Shown: piece by piece, positions 39,830 through 52,365 of the stretch
Numbering within the stretch: the stretch's first letter is position 1
Layout: each line of letters begins with the position of its first letter
Origin: Vicugna vicugna
Lineage: Eukaryota
NCBI GenBank assembly: GCA_013265495.1
Contig: MU057487.1
Location: 806,001 to 870,000, forward strand
DNA: 64,000 nucleotides
Direction: 5' to 3'
Notes under the pieces: model-generated
Databases searched by the model: none
Told to the model about the DNA's origin: nothing
Seen by the model: only the letters and a program-made list of their open reading frames with translations
Position numbers and translations under genes: made by a program

Positions 39830-40779
39830 ATGACTGCTCTTGAATGTCCCTGTTCACACATGACTGCTCTTGAATGTCCCTGTTTACACGTGCAAGAGTT
39901 TCCATAGTTCTGCGGTTTGTAAACTTTTATGTGTTATGTCTCCCTTTGTCAATTTTCTGAATCACACAGAGCATTTCTTTCTGTGTATTAGTTGAGTATT
40001 GGTGATAGAGATCAGTGGAAAACGAAACAGCTGTCTGGATTAGCACTGTGTGAATTTGGTAGTTGAAGGACTGCCAAGTATATTTTTGTCAAACCCATCC
40101 AGGTTTATGGATTCCTGAAATCTAACCATGGGCCCCAGTGGACACTAAACTAGGAAATTCACTCTAGGATATGAATCTGGGAGTATCATTAATGGGGGAC
40201 AGGGCATTCCACCTGTTTACCTTACTATAAAATGTACTGGATGAGAAGTTTCTCTGCACCACATTTTGGCCAACACATACATTGTCTGACATTTCAACTT
40301 CTGCCATTGTGGTGGGTGTAAAAGGGGATTTAATAGATAATATAGTCACACATTCAAAAATAAAATTATAAGGCATACATTAAAAAGTCTTCTTTCCATG
40401 TAAGTACATCTCCCACTTTCACTGCTCTGCCCTCTGCAGGACACTTTCCTGGTGTTTTATGTAAAGGAAGAGGAAACACACTATATTCCACCATTTCCTT
40501 TCCTTCTATTCAAAACCTAACTTTTAAAAAAGTTTTTCCTTAATGCATACTGGAGGTAATTTCACCATGCCTAAAGCTTGTCGTTATTCTTAAAGTCACA
40601 TAATATTTCACTATGTGAATGAACCATCATTTATTTCTACAAACCTCCATAGATGGTATAAGATACCCAAAGGCACAGCATCACATAGAGGTAAACAACT
40701 TTTTTTAGTATTAGTTGAAAATTGAAGACTAACAGATGAGAAAACCTGCAAGGAGAATGAATAGACTTTAACATTTTTA

Positions 40780-43700
40780 AAGCTTTTTTTTTAAATTTCA
40801 GACTATTGTATGCCATAACTTTAAAGAGTCAAATTACCAAAAAGAGCATCATAAAAATAGCCAGCCTGCCTTACCTCCTCATCCCTGAGCCTCCCTCCCC
40901 AAAGTCAATCACTTTTTTTATTCACATGTTTCTTCTGCTATGTGTCTCCGTATTTCTAAGCTGTAGGCTTTATGAAGGCAGAGATATTGATTGTATCATA
41001 TACCGTGTCTCCCTCTGCACCTGCAAAGATGCCTGGCATGTGGCAGACACTGTTACATCCTAGCTGAATGACTAAATTCTGTTCTTTCTTGAGCTATCAA
41101 TTTAGACGTCATCTCCCTGACTTCCTTACTCTTCTTGACTAAGACAAGGATTTAGTGCCTCCGAAATCCTGTACTCACTCACCATCCCATATCTCCACTT
41201 TCCTCTGTCTCCCAGATTTTTTCATTTCACCAGTTTTTGTCAAATCAGTATTTTAGCTGTGTAAGGATTATTACTGCTAAGGCAAACTTCTTTTTCATAT
41301 ATGACTTTTTGTACAAGCTAATTACTGCTTTTTTTGTTGTTGTTTACTTTTCTATGACACTTCAAGAGGCCTCCCAAACATTGAAAAAGAAAAAGAAAAA
41401 AAAGGAAAAAGAAAATCTCTCTAGACACCAATTACCACACAAACATATCAGATAATTCTATCAGTGCCAACTGTTTTCCTGGAGACATCACTCCCGGAAA
41501 TCTTTTGCTCTGTTGCTCTTGTTCAAACTGATGGAAACTTGCACCTGGCGTTATGGGACTTCCTTTTATCTCTCTCCTCTGATGATTTCCTAATTTTTGG
41601 AAACTAAGTTCTCCTCCTCCTTTATCCTCTAATTTGGGTGGTACACATCTCCAGTATTTCCTGAGAAAAGATGCATGAGAAGTGAACATTATGAGGCTTT
41701 GTATGCCTGCAGAGGTCTGTATTCCAACCTCTCACCTGATTGATTCTTTGGTGGATTACGGAATTCCAGTTTGGATGTTGTTTCTTTCAGAATTTTGAAG
41801 CTCTTCCTTAATCCTTTGTCTCTTACCTTCAAGCATTGCTCTTAAGAACACAGATGATATTCTGACTCTTGGTATGTGTGTGGCTCTTTTTTCCCTCCCG
41901 GAAAGTTTTAAGACCCTCTTTTCATTCTTGGAATCATGAAAATTTACAGTGATTGGCCATGTAAGTGGGTATATTTACATTAACTGTGCTAAGTACTCCA
42001 TAAGCCCATTCAACCTGGAAACTCATGTTTTTCAGTCTGGAGAATCTTCTTATACTGTTTCCTCAAGCTATTCCTCTTCTTAGAACAATGATACTGAATA
42101 CATTCACATTGTTGTGCAATCAGTCTCCAGAACTAACTTCATTTTACAAAACTAAAACTTTCTACCCATCAAACCATTCTCCATCCTCCCTCCCCTCAGC
42201 CCCTTAAAACTACCCTTCTATTTCTTGTCTCTAGGCTTCTGATTAGTCTAGGTACTCATATAAGTGGAATCATACAGTGTTGTATTTTTGTGGCTGGCTT
42301 ATTTCACTTAGTATAATGTCCTCACAGTTCAGCCATGTTGTATCATGTGTCAGAATTTCTTTCCTTTAAGGCTGAGTAATATTCCATTGTGCATGTATTT
42401 TGTTTATCCATACATTCATCAATGGACTTTTGGTGAATGAGGCTGCTGTGAACATGGGTGTATAAATGTCTCAGATGCTGCCTTCAAATTTGAGGGTATA
42501 TACATAAATGTGGAATTGTTGGACCATGTGTTAATTTTACTTTTAGTTTCTTCCGGAACCATCATACTGTTTTTCATAGCAATTTCAACATTATATATTC
42601 CCAGATAGCACAAAAGTTCCAATTTCTCTACATCCTCACTGACACTTGTCATTTTCTGTTTTTTTAAAAGCAGCTGTCCCAGTGGGTATGAGGGTAGCAC
42701 CCCATTTGGTCTGCATTTCCCTGTGTGACACTGAGGATATTTCCATGTGCTTTTTGTTCATTTGTGTATTTTCTTTGGATAAATATCTGTTCAGATCCTT
42801 TGCCCATTTTTTAATTGGGTTGTTTGTTTTTGTTGTTCTTTGTAGAAGATCTTTATATATTCTTGATGTTAACCCTTTATCAGATATGATTTGCAAATAA
42901 TTTCTCCCTTTCTGTAGGTTGCATTTTCACACTATTGATTGAATGACAGAAGATTTTTTTCTATGTAGCCCAATTTATTTATTTTTGCTTTGGCTGTCTG
43001 TGTTTTTGTTGTCATATCTAAGAAATCAATGTCAAATCCAGTGTTACGAATCTTTTCACCTATGCTTTCTTCTACAAATTGTCAGTCTCTTAGTCTTTTG
43101 TATCAGCTTTACTGTCCAAACTTTCTCTTGAATTTATTTCACTTTCCTATTTTTAGTTTCTAAGAGCTCTCTCTGATTCTTGACTGTATTTTTGCAGAAG
43201 TTTATTATTTGATAAATGAATATCCTCTTATCTTTCAGATATTACTAAGAAAAATTTTCTTCCTATATTATTGTTTATTTCCTATGAATCTTCCCACCCA
43301 CACCCATTAGTTTCTTTTATGTGAGACTCTTTCCTCAATTATCTGGCAATGCTTTATTGTGCATAAGTCTTTAAGGAATTTATGACATTAAAGAACTGCT
43401 GATCAGAAGACGCTTTATGGAATGATAGAGTCTGTCAACTAGTGGCTTTAATTTGAGGTAATTGGGGATAAATGAGCTTCATTTGGGGGTGGGACTAGCT
43501 CCAAATATCAGATTCCCTGAGGATTTTCCCCCTGCTCCGTTCAGTTTCTCAAGTTAAGGGTCCTCTAATCTCCCTACTGGAGTGGAATGTGGTCATAAGG
43601 ATTGTTATAGCCTTATCCACCAGTTATTAAAGCCAAGCAGCACAGAGTTCCTAAGTCACAAAGTTCAGTATTTTGATGGTCATTTAATTCCTCTCCTCTC

Positions 43701-44100
43701 TTGCTTCCCACAGTATCTGTGAACCCAGATCTGGAGATTTCTCATTTAATTTCTCCACTTGAAACAACTCCCAGTATCCTATTTAGGCAGAAGAAGGATA
43801 GATGCTAAACCAGAAAGGATTCAGGAGAAGAATCGACATTCAACCCACTCGTGTATTTTCAGCCTGTGTCTCATTCTCTCTTTCTGCAGTGCTTGCTAAT
43901 TGTTTCTGGGGTCCTAAGGCATGGATGGGCTCGCTTCTCACTAGCACTTAGTATTCAGTTACTCTATTCTGTTATCTCCTTCACCAGCTTTATACCATCC
44001 AAAATATTGTTGACATCCCCCATCATCAGTCTGTACACATTTATACCATTTTATCTCTTATACTTATTTTAATTGTTCCAGAGATAAAAGAGTTGTACAT
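40780..44100 (-). mobile_element. HAL1-like element interrupted by an L2 tail (~40950-41080) and an L1MB (boundaries approximate)
   Basis: tttcctgagaaaagatgcatgagaagt...ctctcacctgattgattctttgg resembles recalled HAL1. Confidence 0.55.
42085..43075 (-). mobile_element. L1MB-like 3' end with ORF2 C-terminal fragments
   Basis: ORF 42636..42896 ISDKGLTSRIYKDL...NNPIKKWAKDLNR is L1 ORF2. Confidence 0.88.
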
Positions 44101-44568
44101 GTGAATTTAACTTATTTTCCCTGTTAAAAATTTGAGACACCATCTTTATAATTTGAAATAATCCTTTCTAGTTTCTTTATACTAATTGCCAATTCTAATC
44201 TCATTTTACTCAATCTGCATTCGTGACAGATGCCTCATACCAAGTAATATACCTAGTTGGGGATACTATTGTTTTATTTTACTTTTATTATAAGATTCAA
44301 ACATTTAATAAACTTACATGTTCTGTGTTTTAATGTTAACGAACTTAAACTCTCAGCCAATTGTTTAAGTAAATTCACATCCTTTGAATTTCAAGGTTAA
44401 AAGCAAATTCTGTTTTGCTGTTATGTTTCAGTAAGTATTTGAAGAAATCTGTTTCTTCAATATTTTAAAGATAGTATTAACTCTTTTAAAAACTGTGGTG
44501 CTTTAGAGAGCTATGATGTCTCGTTGAATTTATAAATGGTTTCTTAATGTGGTCCTTTCAATTCACAG

Positions 44569-44602
44569 GGTCATGTTGCTTCACAAGCTGTACTTGGAAA
44601 AG
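44569..44602 (+). CDS. ADGB: ADGB exon ~14, 34-nt microexon: GHVASQAVLGK
   Basis: ttcacag|GGT ... AAAG|gtaaat; needed to convert phase 0 to phase 1 between neighbouring exons. Confidence 0.88.
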
Positions 44603-45482
44603 GTAAATTAATAACCTTCTCACGACTTTTATTTTAGCAGACATCAAAGCACATAGGGGTCTCTTGCTCCTTGACAGCTTTTAGCTCTCCCTTCTTTTGG
44701 CCCTCAGCAGACTCCCTCCAGTGCCTCCTCTGATGTGCTGAGTCTAATCTTCTCTGTGCTAGAAAAATCAGATAATCTCACTTGTTAAATTCAAGCTTAA
44801 AATCAAAATAAAAAACGATCCGATTAAAGTCCCATGAGTAACATTCATGTGTTTTTAATGCATGAATGTTATGATCAAAGCACTAAAACCATTTCGAATT
44901 CCTCAGTTCCTAAATGAAACTTGACCAAGGCTCAAATCCAAAAAAGTATTACGTGGCATATGAATAAATGACATTTTGGTTCAAGAAAAGTGTATGAGAA
45001 CTTTATGGCATTACCTGATAAACATAAAGCAAGATTACAGAATCACTGACTGTGGGGAGCTATGAAGTGGCTTACACAAATACGTCAATCCAATAGGTCT
45101 TTCAAGTTTTTGTTTCTCCTTCTGTTGCCTGGGTCACCCCCTCTTATATGAATATGTCTATTTACAGCAGATATTAAATACATAAACTAGCTGATTTCTG
45201 TTATATCATTATAATCGCTAAAGAATGTGTGCATAAATTTATGAGAGTGATTTCAAAATTTCTGAATGCTCTACATAAGTTATGATTAAATCGTCCTGAG
45301 TATATCAACATGAGTCTCCGTACGAACCTCCACAGATTTGATGCCTCCATGTAAATGATTCTGGCAGTAAATATTTCCTCAGAACAGACTTCACTATGTG
45401 AGTCTACAATTTTCCATGTCTTAATAACTTACTATGTAACAGTAAAGGTGTGCTTGACGTGGCTGCCTTCTGCCACACACAG

Positions 45483-45666
45483 ATGAACCGTCAGACTGTG
45501 GACTGAATGACACAGCCCATCCTGCTGAGGGAATCAGTTTGGAAAGAGATTTGTTCAGCCAAATGACAGCAACACAAGACAAATCGCAGGAAGAGCTTAT
45601 AACAGTAAATAACAGTGTTTGTAAAGAAATATGGTTAGATTTTGAAGACTTCTATATAGGCTTTCA
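45483..45666 (+). CDS. ADGB: ADGB exon ~15 (184 nt): DEPSDCGLNDTAHPAEGISLERDLFSQMTATQDKSQEELITVNNSVCKEIWLDFEDFYIGF
   Basis: cacacag|AT ... CA|gtaagt; acceptor position is the least certain boundary. Confidence 0.88.
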
Positions 45667-45959
45667 GTAAGTAAAAATTTGTTGTTGTTAGTTCATATAG
45701 TGGATACAGAAGTGAATTTTTAACTTCTGTGTAAGAGTTAAGCCAGTGTTAGTCTGGTGTCTATGTAACACCAAACAAAAGTATCAGAGGGAAATAACGG
45801 GTGAATTGGTTTGGCCACATGAAACAGGAATAGCCAGAATGGTCTCAGGCCAGTTTCAGGTCAGTTTTCCTCAAAGACTTGTTTGTTGAATAAGATGAAG
45901 ACAGTTTATTCACTGAGAAAGATCATTTTTGTCCCTTTCAGAAAACTGATTCAATACAG

Positions 45960-46390
45960 TTATTATTTTTTCCCAGCTTTACTGAAATACAATTGACAAA
46001 TACAGTTGTAAGTATTTAAAGTATACATGGTGGTGAATTGATACATAGGTACTTTGTGATGAATTGGTACACATTTACATTGTGATGAATTGATATATAT
46101 GCATACATATATATATATACATACACACACACATTGTAAAAGACCACCCCATTGATGGGTATGTTAATTGGATATATATTTATCTTCTTACTGTGTGTGA
46201 GAATATTTAAATTCTAGTCTCAGTGAGTTTTAATTCTACAATAGAGTGAAATCAACTATGGTTGTCATGTTGTCCATTAGAACTTCAAACTTATTCATCT
46301 TATTACTGAAAATTTGTACCCATTTACCAACCTCTCCCTATTTCCCCCACCCCCACCCCTGGAAACCCTTTTTCTCCTCTGTGAGTTGTT
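45960..46390 (-). mobile_element. L1MA-like 3' end
   Basis: ttcccagctttactgaaatacaattgacaaa...cttattcatcttattactgaaaatttgtaccc. Confidence 0.75.
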
Positions 46391-46518
46391 ATTATTTTTG
46401 TAACTTTGATCTGTCTTTATCTGTTCTGCCTGTAATTATTTGCTTCTAAGAAACCTAACATGTAGTACTAGTTTGCTGCATATAATGACAATCATCTGTT
46501 ATAAATAATGTTTTTCAG

Positions 46519-46582
46519 GAATATATGTATTTTCCACAAGCCAAGTTCATACTGTTTTAACTTTCAAAAAACAGAATTCAAG
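46519..46582 (+). CDS. ADGB: ADGB exon ~16 (64 nt): NICIFHKPSSYCFNFQKTEFK
   Basis: tttttcag|G ... AAG|gtaaat. Confidence 0.94.
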
Positions 46583-47859
46583 GTAAATATACTCTGGTCT
46601 CTTCCCTTCTTAAATTTTTGATAGAATCATGCTAATGAAAAACACCTTCAAATGTATCGAGCATTTCTAAACTTGTAACATAATTATATTCAAAAATTTA
46701 ATTCTTACCGTCTTCTACTAATCTCTTATCCAGACAATAAGCCAAATTCCACTACTTCCTACCCCCAAGTGTGATGTACCTGATTATGTTACCATGGTTC
46801 ATTAGTATATCAATTCATGTTAGGGAAATTTTGACTTACGAATAAATGAAGGAAAAGCCCAAATAAATTTACTATATGTGACTTCAGTTGGTGTTTACTG
46901 ACTTGCACACAATTCCTAAAACGTAAGCACATTTTCACTATCATTTCTGTTATTTTTGCCCACGTTCTTCCCTCTGCCTGGCATTCATTCACCATCCTTA
47001 TCACCTCCACCTGGCCAATGCCTCGAAGTCCTTCAGAACAACATGGGTGTCCTTGACCCCGTGAGACCTCTGTCCCTGGCCATAGAGTCTGGGTCAGGTA
47101 CCCTGGCTCCACGCACTCTGTGTGACTTGTCCTCACCCGGACACTTTCCTCCCTCCATCCTCTGCCTGATCACTTCTCTGTGCCCCTCCTCCTCTCCGTC
47201 CACTCAATGTCAGCATCGTAAGGAGGACTCCGTCCTTTTCCTTACTGTTGCAGTACAGGTCCTGGCCTGAGGTCAAACCTTGGTAAAAAATAAAACTGTT
47301 GAATGGAGGAATGAATGAATGAATAATTATTTAAAAATGTCACATTGAGTGGAATTTGAGGGGAAACTACGAAACATATTCTGGGAAACTCAGTTGTACT
47401 GAAACTTGCATGTTGTTTGGATGGGGCCGTACAAGCCCTCAGTGTTAATACCACATCTTCATGAGCTGGACGCAGAGTTGGGGGAAGTAAGGAGTCTCGG
47501 GGATGACTCCTCCCTTTGCTCTTGTACTAGATGAAAACGCAGGCAGAGAAAACCTTATGAGCATTCCTCGGGAGGTGCTCTCAGTCTGGTTTCCTGCTCT
47601 GAAAGTAAGACCCAGGTGTGTGGTAGTGACTTGGGGCTGGGGAGGGCAGAGGTTGGAACTGTCAACCTGGTTCTGAAGTCTGTGCATGAAAGCACTGAGA
47701 GGAATGGTTTGACTTTATGAATATAGGAAAACAATAACAACACAACAAAAACTGTTAATAGGGAATGACGGAACCCAGAGTACGGTATGAGAATAATATA
47801 CAGTTTCCAGTTAACTTAGGAGTGTTGTCATATTCAAACTATCGGCAGTAATTAAACAA

Positions 47860-48060
47860 TAGTCACTTACAGGTACTTTCTCTGTTCCTAGCCCTGACCT
47901 AGGTTCTTTATTGCATTAACTCCTCATAGCAAACCCAATGAAAGGACTATTATTATTGTCAATTTTCAGGTGAGGAAACTGAGGCAGACCAAGTTTGGGT
48001 AAAAAGCCCAAGATGACCAGATTAGTAAGTGGCACAAGCATCGCGAGAGCTTGGTTTGTC
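47860..48060 (-). mobile_element. MIR SINE
   Basis: attttcaggtgaggaaactgaggcag core. Confidence 0.75.
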
Positions 48061-48109
48061 CAACGTGAAGCTGGTGCCTCTGTCACAGGCTCACCTTCAG
48101 GGGAAGCAG

Positions 48110-48340
48110 ATTAGTGGCTCTGGAGACAGACCGCCTAGTTGTGAATCCAGGTCTCACTGGGGGTGGGACTCTGAACAAGTTATTTAAGTTCTCTTTGCCC
48201 CCGTTCTCTTATTTATGCAAATGGCAGTAATGAGAGACTTTACATCACAGAGTCAGGGGGTAAATGAGAAAATATATATAAATTGCTTAGAAGAATGCCT
48301 AATACTTAGTAAGGGAAAATAAATGTTGGCTGTCATGATT
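48110..48340 (+). mobile_element. MIR SINE
   Basis: ctctggagacagaccgcctagttgtgaatcc...aacaagttatttaagttctct. Confidence 0.75.
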
Positions 48341-49334
48341 ATTACTAAGAGCAATTGCATGTGTTTTTGTTATACATCGTCACCCTGATATGTATGTGTA
48401 TGTGTGATGGGAAAACGGCCAGCTGTTCTTTGTTCTGATCCTATTTTAATGCAGTGACGGTAAATACAGAATTTTTTTTTCTTTTTAAGTCCCAGCTTGG
48501 CAAAATAAAGCAGCAGCATCCATTATGAGCCCCTTCATTCCCCTGAATTTTTTTTTTTTAATTTCAATGGTCTGAGAAAATGATACCTTTTTGTTAGAGG
48601 ATGTTATTGGAACCCAAACTCAACAGCCTTTAGTACGGCCTGACAGGAAGGATTGTCTGGAGTCTGAGGCCAGGCAGTGCTGATTTTAGTGGCCACAGGC
48701 ACTGCCACCTGAGCCAGGGACACAGAGCCTGAGGCCCCTCCTCTGCCCGCCCCTTAGATGTGCCATGGGTGATGTCATGGGGGTTGGAGGGACTCTCAAA
48801 GGTTCCTTGTGCTGGCACCAGGGCAGAAGACCTGTGTGTGGCCTCCAGGGCCACCTCACCCTCAAATCCTCAGACTCCTTAAAATGACAGCAATGAGCTC
48901 TGAGCAGAAACTTCCTTGGTCACACACGCTGGGCTGGCAAATCCAGGGCCCTTCATGGTTTTAGACGGTGAATGTTTGAAACAACCGTTCCTATCAGCAA
49001 CATGTTGCAGCTAAAAAAAAAAAAAATGAAGTGTCAAATGCTAACCATTGGAAAACACTGGAGGAAGCATTCATGTAAGACAGTTACACCGTATCAAGCA
49101 ATTTTAGCAATCTCATCATATGTGATTAATAAGGATTCCTTTTTCACAGTGTTACTAGAGATTTTTCTTCATCTTTCAACTTATTTAAATATCGTTGTAA
49201 AATAATATGAAGAGCTTTTAAAATATGATGACGAATTAATTTAACACATTTACCGTATACCATCAGTCGAAAGTTTTTTGAAGCACTGGGAAATTGAAAT
49301 ACAGTAATAGCATAATTATTGAGAAGACCATCAT

Positions 49335-49500
49335 TGGAGCCAGGTAGATAGATAGACCCACTTTTGCATCTCAGCTTTGCTACTTTTAAGCTCTGTGACC
49401 TTTAGCAAGTTACTTACCCTCTCTGTGTTCTAGCTTCTTCACACACAATTATGGATATTAATAGTACCCACAGAGGATGAATCAAAATCATGTTCATGTG
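49335..49500 (+). mobile_element. MIR SINE
   Basis: gctctgtgacctttagcaagttacttaccctctctgtg. Confidence 0.7.
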
Positions 49501-50058
49501 ATCCTTATATTGCTCTCCTCTAAGGGATGTTCCTGTTGTACTCAGGACTTTCTTGTTTGCCCAAGACAAAAATCCAGTTTGGTTCATTAGTGTGCAATAG
49601 GTATGTTTCTGAGGATCTTGTAGAAAGAAAGAGTAAAGGGTTTCTATGACAAACCACCAAGTAAAATGCTTTGATACATTCCCATTCTCTGCCAGAGTTT
49701 CTCCATGGCCTGGATACTTATCAGGGACCCATTCTCTAAGCACTGCTCAGTTCTGGGCTCAATGTCTTCCTCTAGTTGTCATTTTTGGAACAAGCATGTC
49801 CCTTTTCTTTGCTCATGGAGAAGAGCTTTGGCTGCCTGATATGGTGGCCCATCTCACGCAGGCCCTGCACACCCAGCTTCCAGGGACCGTTGCCAATGTT
49901 CGCATTTCCTTCCCATCGTTAAACCTGCGAAGTACTTACTGTGGTGTCTAGACCACAGTCAACTCTCTATAAGTGTTAGACCTTGTACTTTTAGTAGAAG
50001 TGGAGAAGAGCATGAGTAGACTAATATGAAACACAATGAGTGGTCTGATTTCTTGCAG

Positions 50059-50161
50059 TTCTCGGATGAACGCGTGTCCTACTATCTGTTTGTGGACAGT
50101 CTAAAACCTACTGAACTGCTGGTTTGCTTTTCTGCACTGGTACGCTGGGGAGAATCAGGAG
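50059..50161 (+). CDS. ADGB: ADGB exon ~17 (103 nt): FSDERVSYYLFVDSLKPTELLVCFSALVRWGESG
   Basis: ttgcag|TTC ... G|gtaaga. Confidence 0.95.
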
Positions 50162-50329
50162 GTAAGAGCACTCTGAGAAAACTATAGTCTGGAAGCCCAG
50201 CTCACCGCCTGTCCGGGGAAACGTATGGTACAACGTTTAGGCTCTGAGTGAAGGAGCGTATTCCCTTTCCAGACACTAAGGAAGTTGCACACCACCTGCT
50301 GAGATCGTCTCAACTCCTCCGATGTCAAG

Positions 50330-51450
50330 GATGACGCTTGCTCTTGCCTCCTGCGCCTCTCCTTGTCCTGGTCACATGGTCCCCTCTTTGGCACGCCTGG
50401 TCCCTCTCTTTTTCTTTCCACCTGTGCGTGTCATCATTCTCGATTCTTTCAAAATCTATTGGAAAACATGAACTCTTTCTTCTCTGATTTGGCAATTTCA
50501 AAGACCTTTCCCTGCATCCCACCGGGTTCCCTGCTTTCATGGTCATATTTTAGACCCTGTTGTACCAGTAGCTGCATCATCTCAGTCAGTTCGCAGTTCT
50601 CTGACCACCACCCTTGGATCTCCAGTTCACATTCTCTCCAGAACTCCCACCCCTACAGTTCTTTGACTGAACTGGGACCACAGTCCATTAACGCTACCTC
50701 TTTTTCTATGCTGCTCTCCTCACATCGTTATTTCTCTTATTCCCAACGTAGTTTCCATGGTCCATCGTTGTGTTTATACCCTTGCAGATGCCTTCAGCAC
50801 AGCACTCTCCTCACCCTCTCATCTTACATTCCTGGCAAAGTCCTAATACTGGTTGAACATCTCTCTGGGCCTAACTGTGGTTGCATCAGAGCAGCTGAAT
50901 GTAACTGAGAAAAGAAAAATCCTACCAGCTAGCCCCATGTTAAACTGAGGACCACAGATCTCAAAAGTCCCCTGAGCACTGCTGACATTTCATTGTCCCG
51001 CTCATTCTCATAGGCGGTTATTTCAAACCTTTAGATCTCTCTCTGCCTTCGATCTCCAACACCCACTCTTATCCTTCCTCATTTTCAGCTGATGACCTTG
51101 CTGCTGTTTTCACTGAAAATGACCCACTTCCTCTCCTCCTAATGAACTCTCCCAAGCTCTAGCCACCCTTCCCTCCTGTTCTAATGCGTGGACTGTCCCT
51201 GTTTCTCTCTTGCAAAAACATGCACGAAACATCATTCTTTGCTTGTTTGGCTTGTTTTATTAAAGCATTTTTATCTAACTCAACAGTAACTGACACTGTA
51301 CAGAATCAGTAAATATATGCTGAATGCTTAATGTTGAATTTCTTGCCCACTTTGAGGACAGAGACTACGATTTTCCACCAGGATATACCCAGTGTTTTGA
51401 ATGGTGTCAGATGTGTGCTAGGTGGGCAATGAATACTTTGAATAAAACTT
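50330..51450 (+). mobile_element. L2 LINE fragments
   Basis: pyrimidine-rich L2 body (ctctgaccaccac, cagctgatgaccttgc) and L2-type tail. Confidence 0.55.
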
Positions 51451-52223
51451 CCCAAACTTCAGTGGCATGAGCTTAGTGTGTCTACCTCACCATAGCTCCT
51501 AAGCCACACCACGCCCTAGAACACTGAAGTTCTGTGTGCGTGGACGGCTTTCAGGCCATGTGGTGGCCTCAGAGCCTCAGATTGATGTTACCTGGAAACA
51601 GGGAAGAAGTGTTTTGCTCTCAGCTACTGATGAAGAACAGTCAATATTTTCTGTCGATTTTAAGAGAAAAACTTGATATTAAAATTTGGTTAATTATTTG
51701 CTATTTTTCCACACAGTCAAAGCTAAGAATCAAAGGTTAAAACTTTAAGTAAACGGTGGGATATTCTGACCTTGCTTAGCCACTATCTTAGGAAAATCTC
51801 TCATTTCCTCCTTTCACGTTTCATCGAGAGGTATATCATAATTACTGCCATACATAAGAAAAGCGGTGGTATGCGACAGTGAAATATCCCTGTCTGTCCT
51901 CTTTTTGCTGACTTTTCCATTCCTGGTTTCTTCAGCTGAGGGGATGACTGTGTGGAGAAAAATAAGGTAAGGGGGAAGATCTTGATTCCTCTTGAGTATT
52001 ATTTCCAGATTATTACCCAGGGTAGTTTCTAATGTTTTATGAACGTTTTCAGACCATCTCTAATTCTTGCTGGTGATGGTTATTATTATTGTTATTAACA
52101 ATATTATGATTATTAATGTTATTATTGATAAAAAGCAATACCAGTGAAGGCCAACTATATGCTCACAATCAAATATATATATATATTTTTTTCTTTTCTT
52201 TTCTTTTTTCATTTCTCCTAAAG

Positions 52224-52365
52224 CTTTAACAAAAGACAGCCCCCCCATAGAGCCTGGACTACTTACAGCTGAAACAGTTTCTTGGAAATCTCTGAGGCCA
52301 CGCGATCTTGTTGTGAAGATTCACACGTACGCTACCAAGGCCGCAGTGGTTCGCCTGCCAGTCGG
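52224..52365 (+). CDS. ADGB: ADGB exon ~18 (142 nt): LTKDSPPIEPGLLTAETVSWKSLRPRDLVVKIHTYATKAAVVRLPV
   Basis: long pyrimidine tract, ctaaag|CT ... GG|gtatgg. Confidence 0.95.

Noticed and set aside
47860..48340. Oppositely oriented MIR pair as a dsRNA hairpin
   Set aside because: Both copies are too diverged for stable pairing by eye
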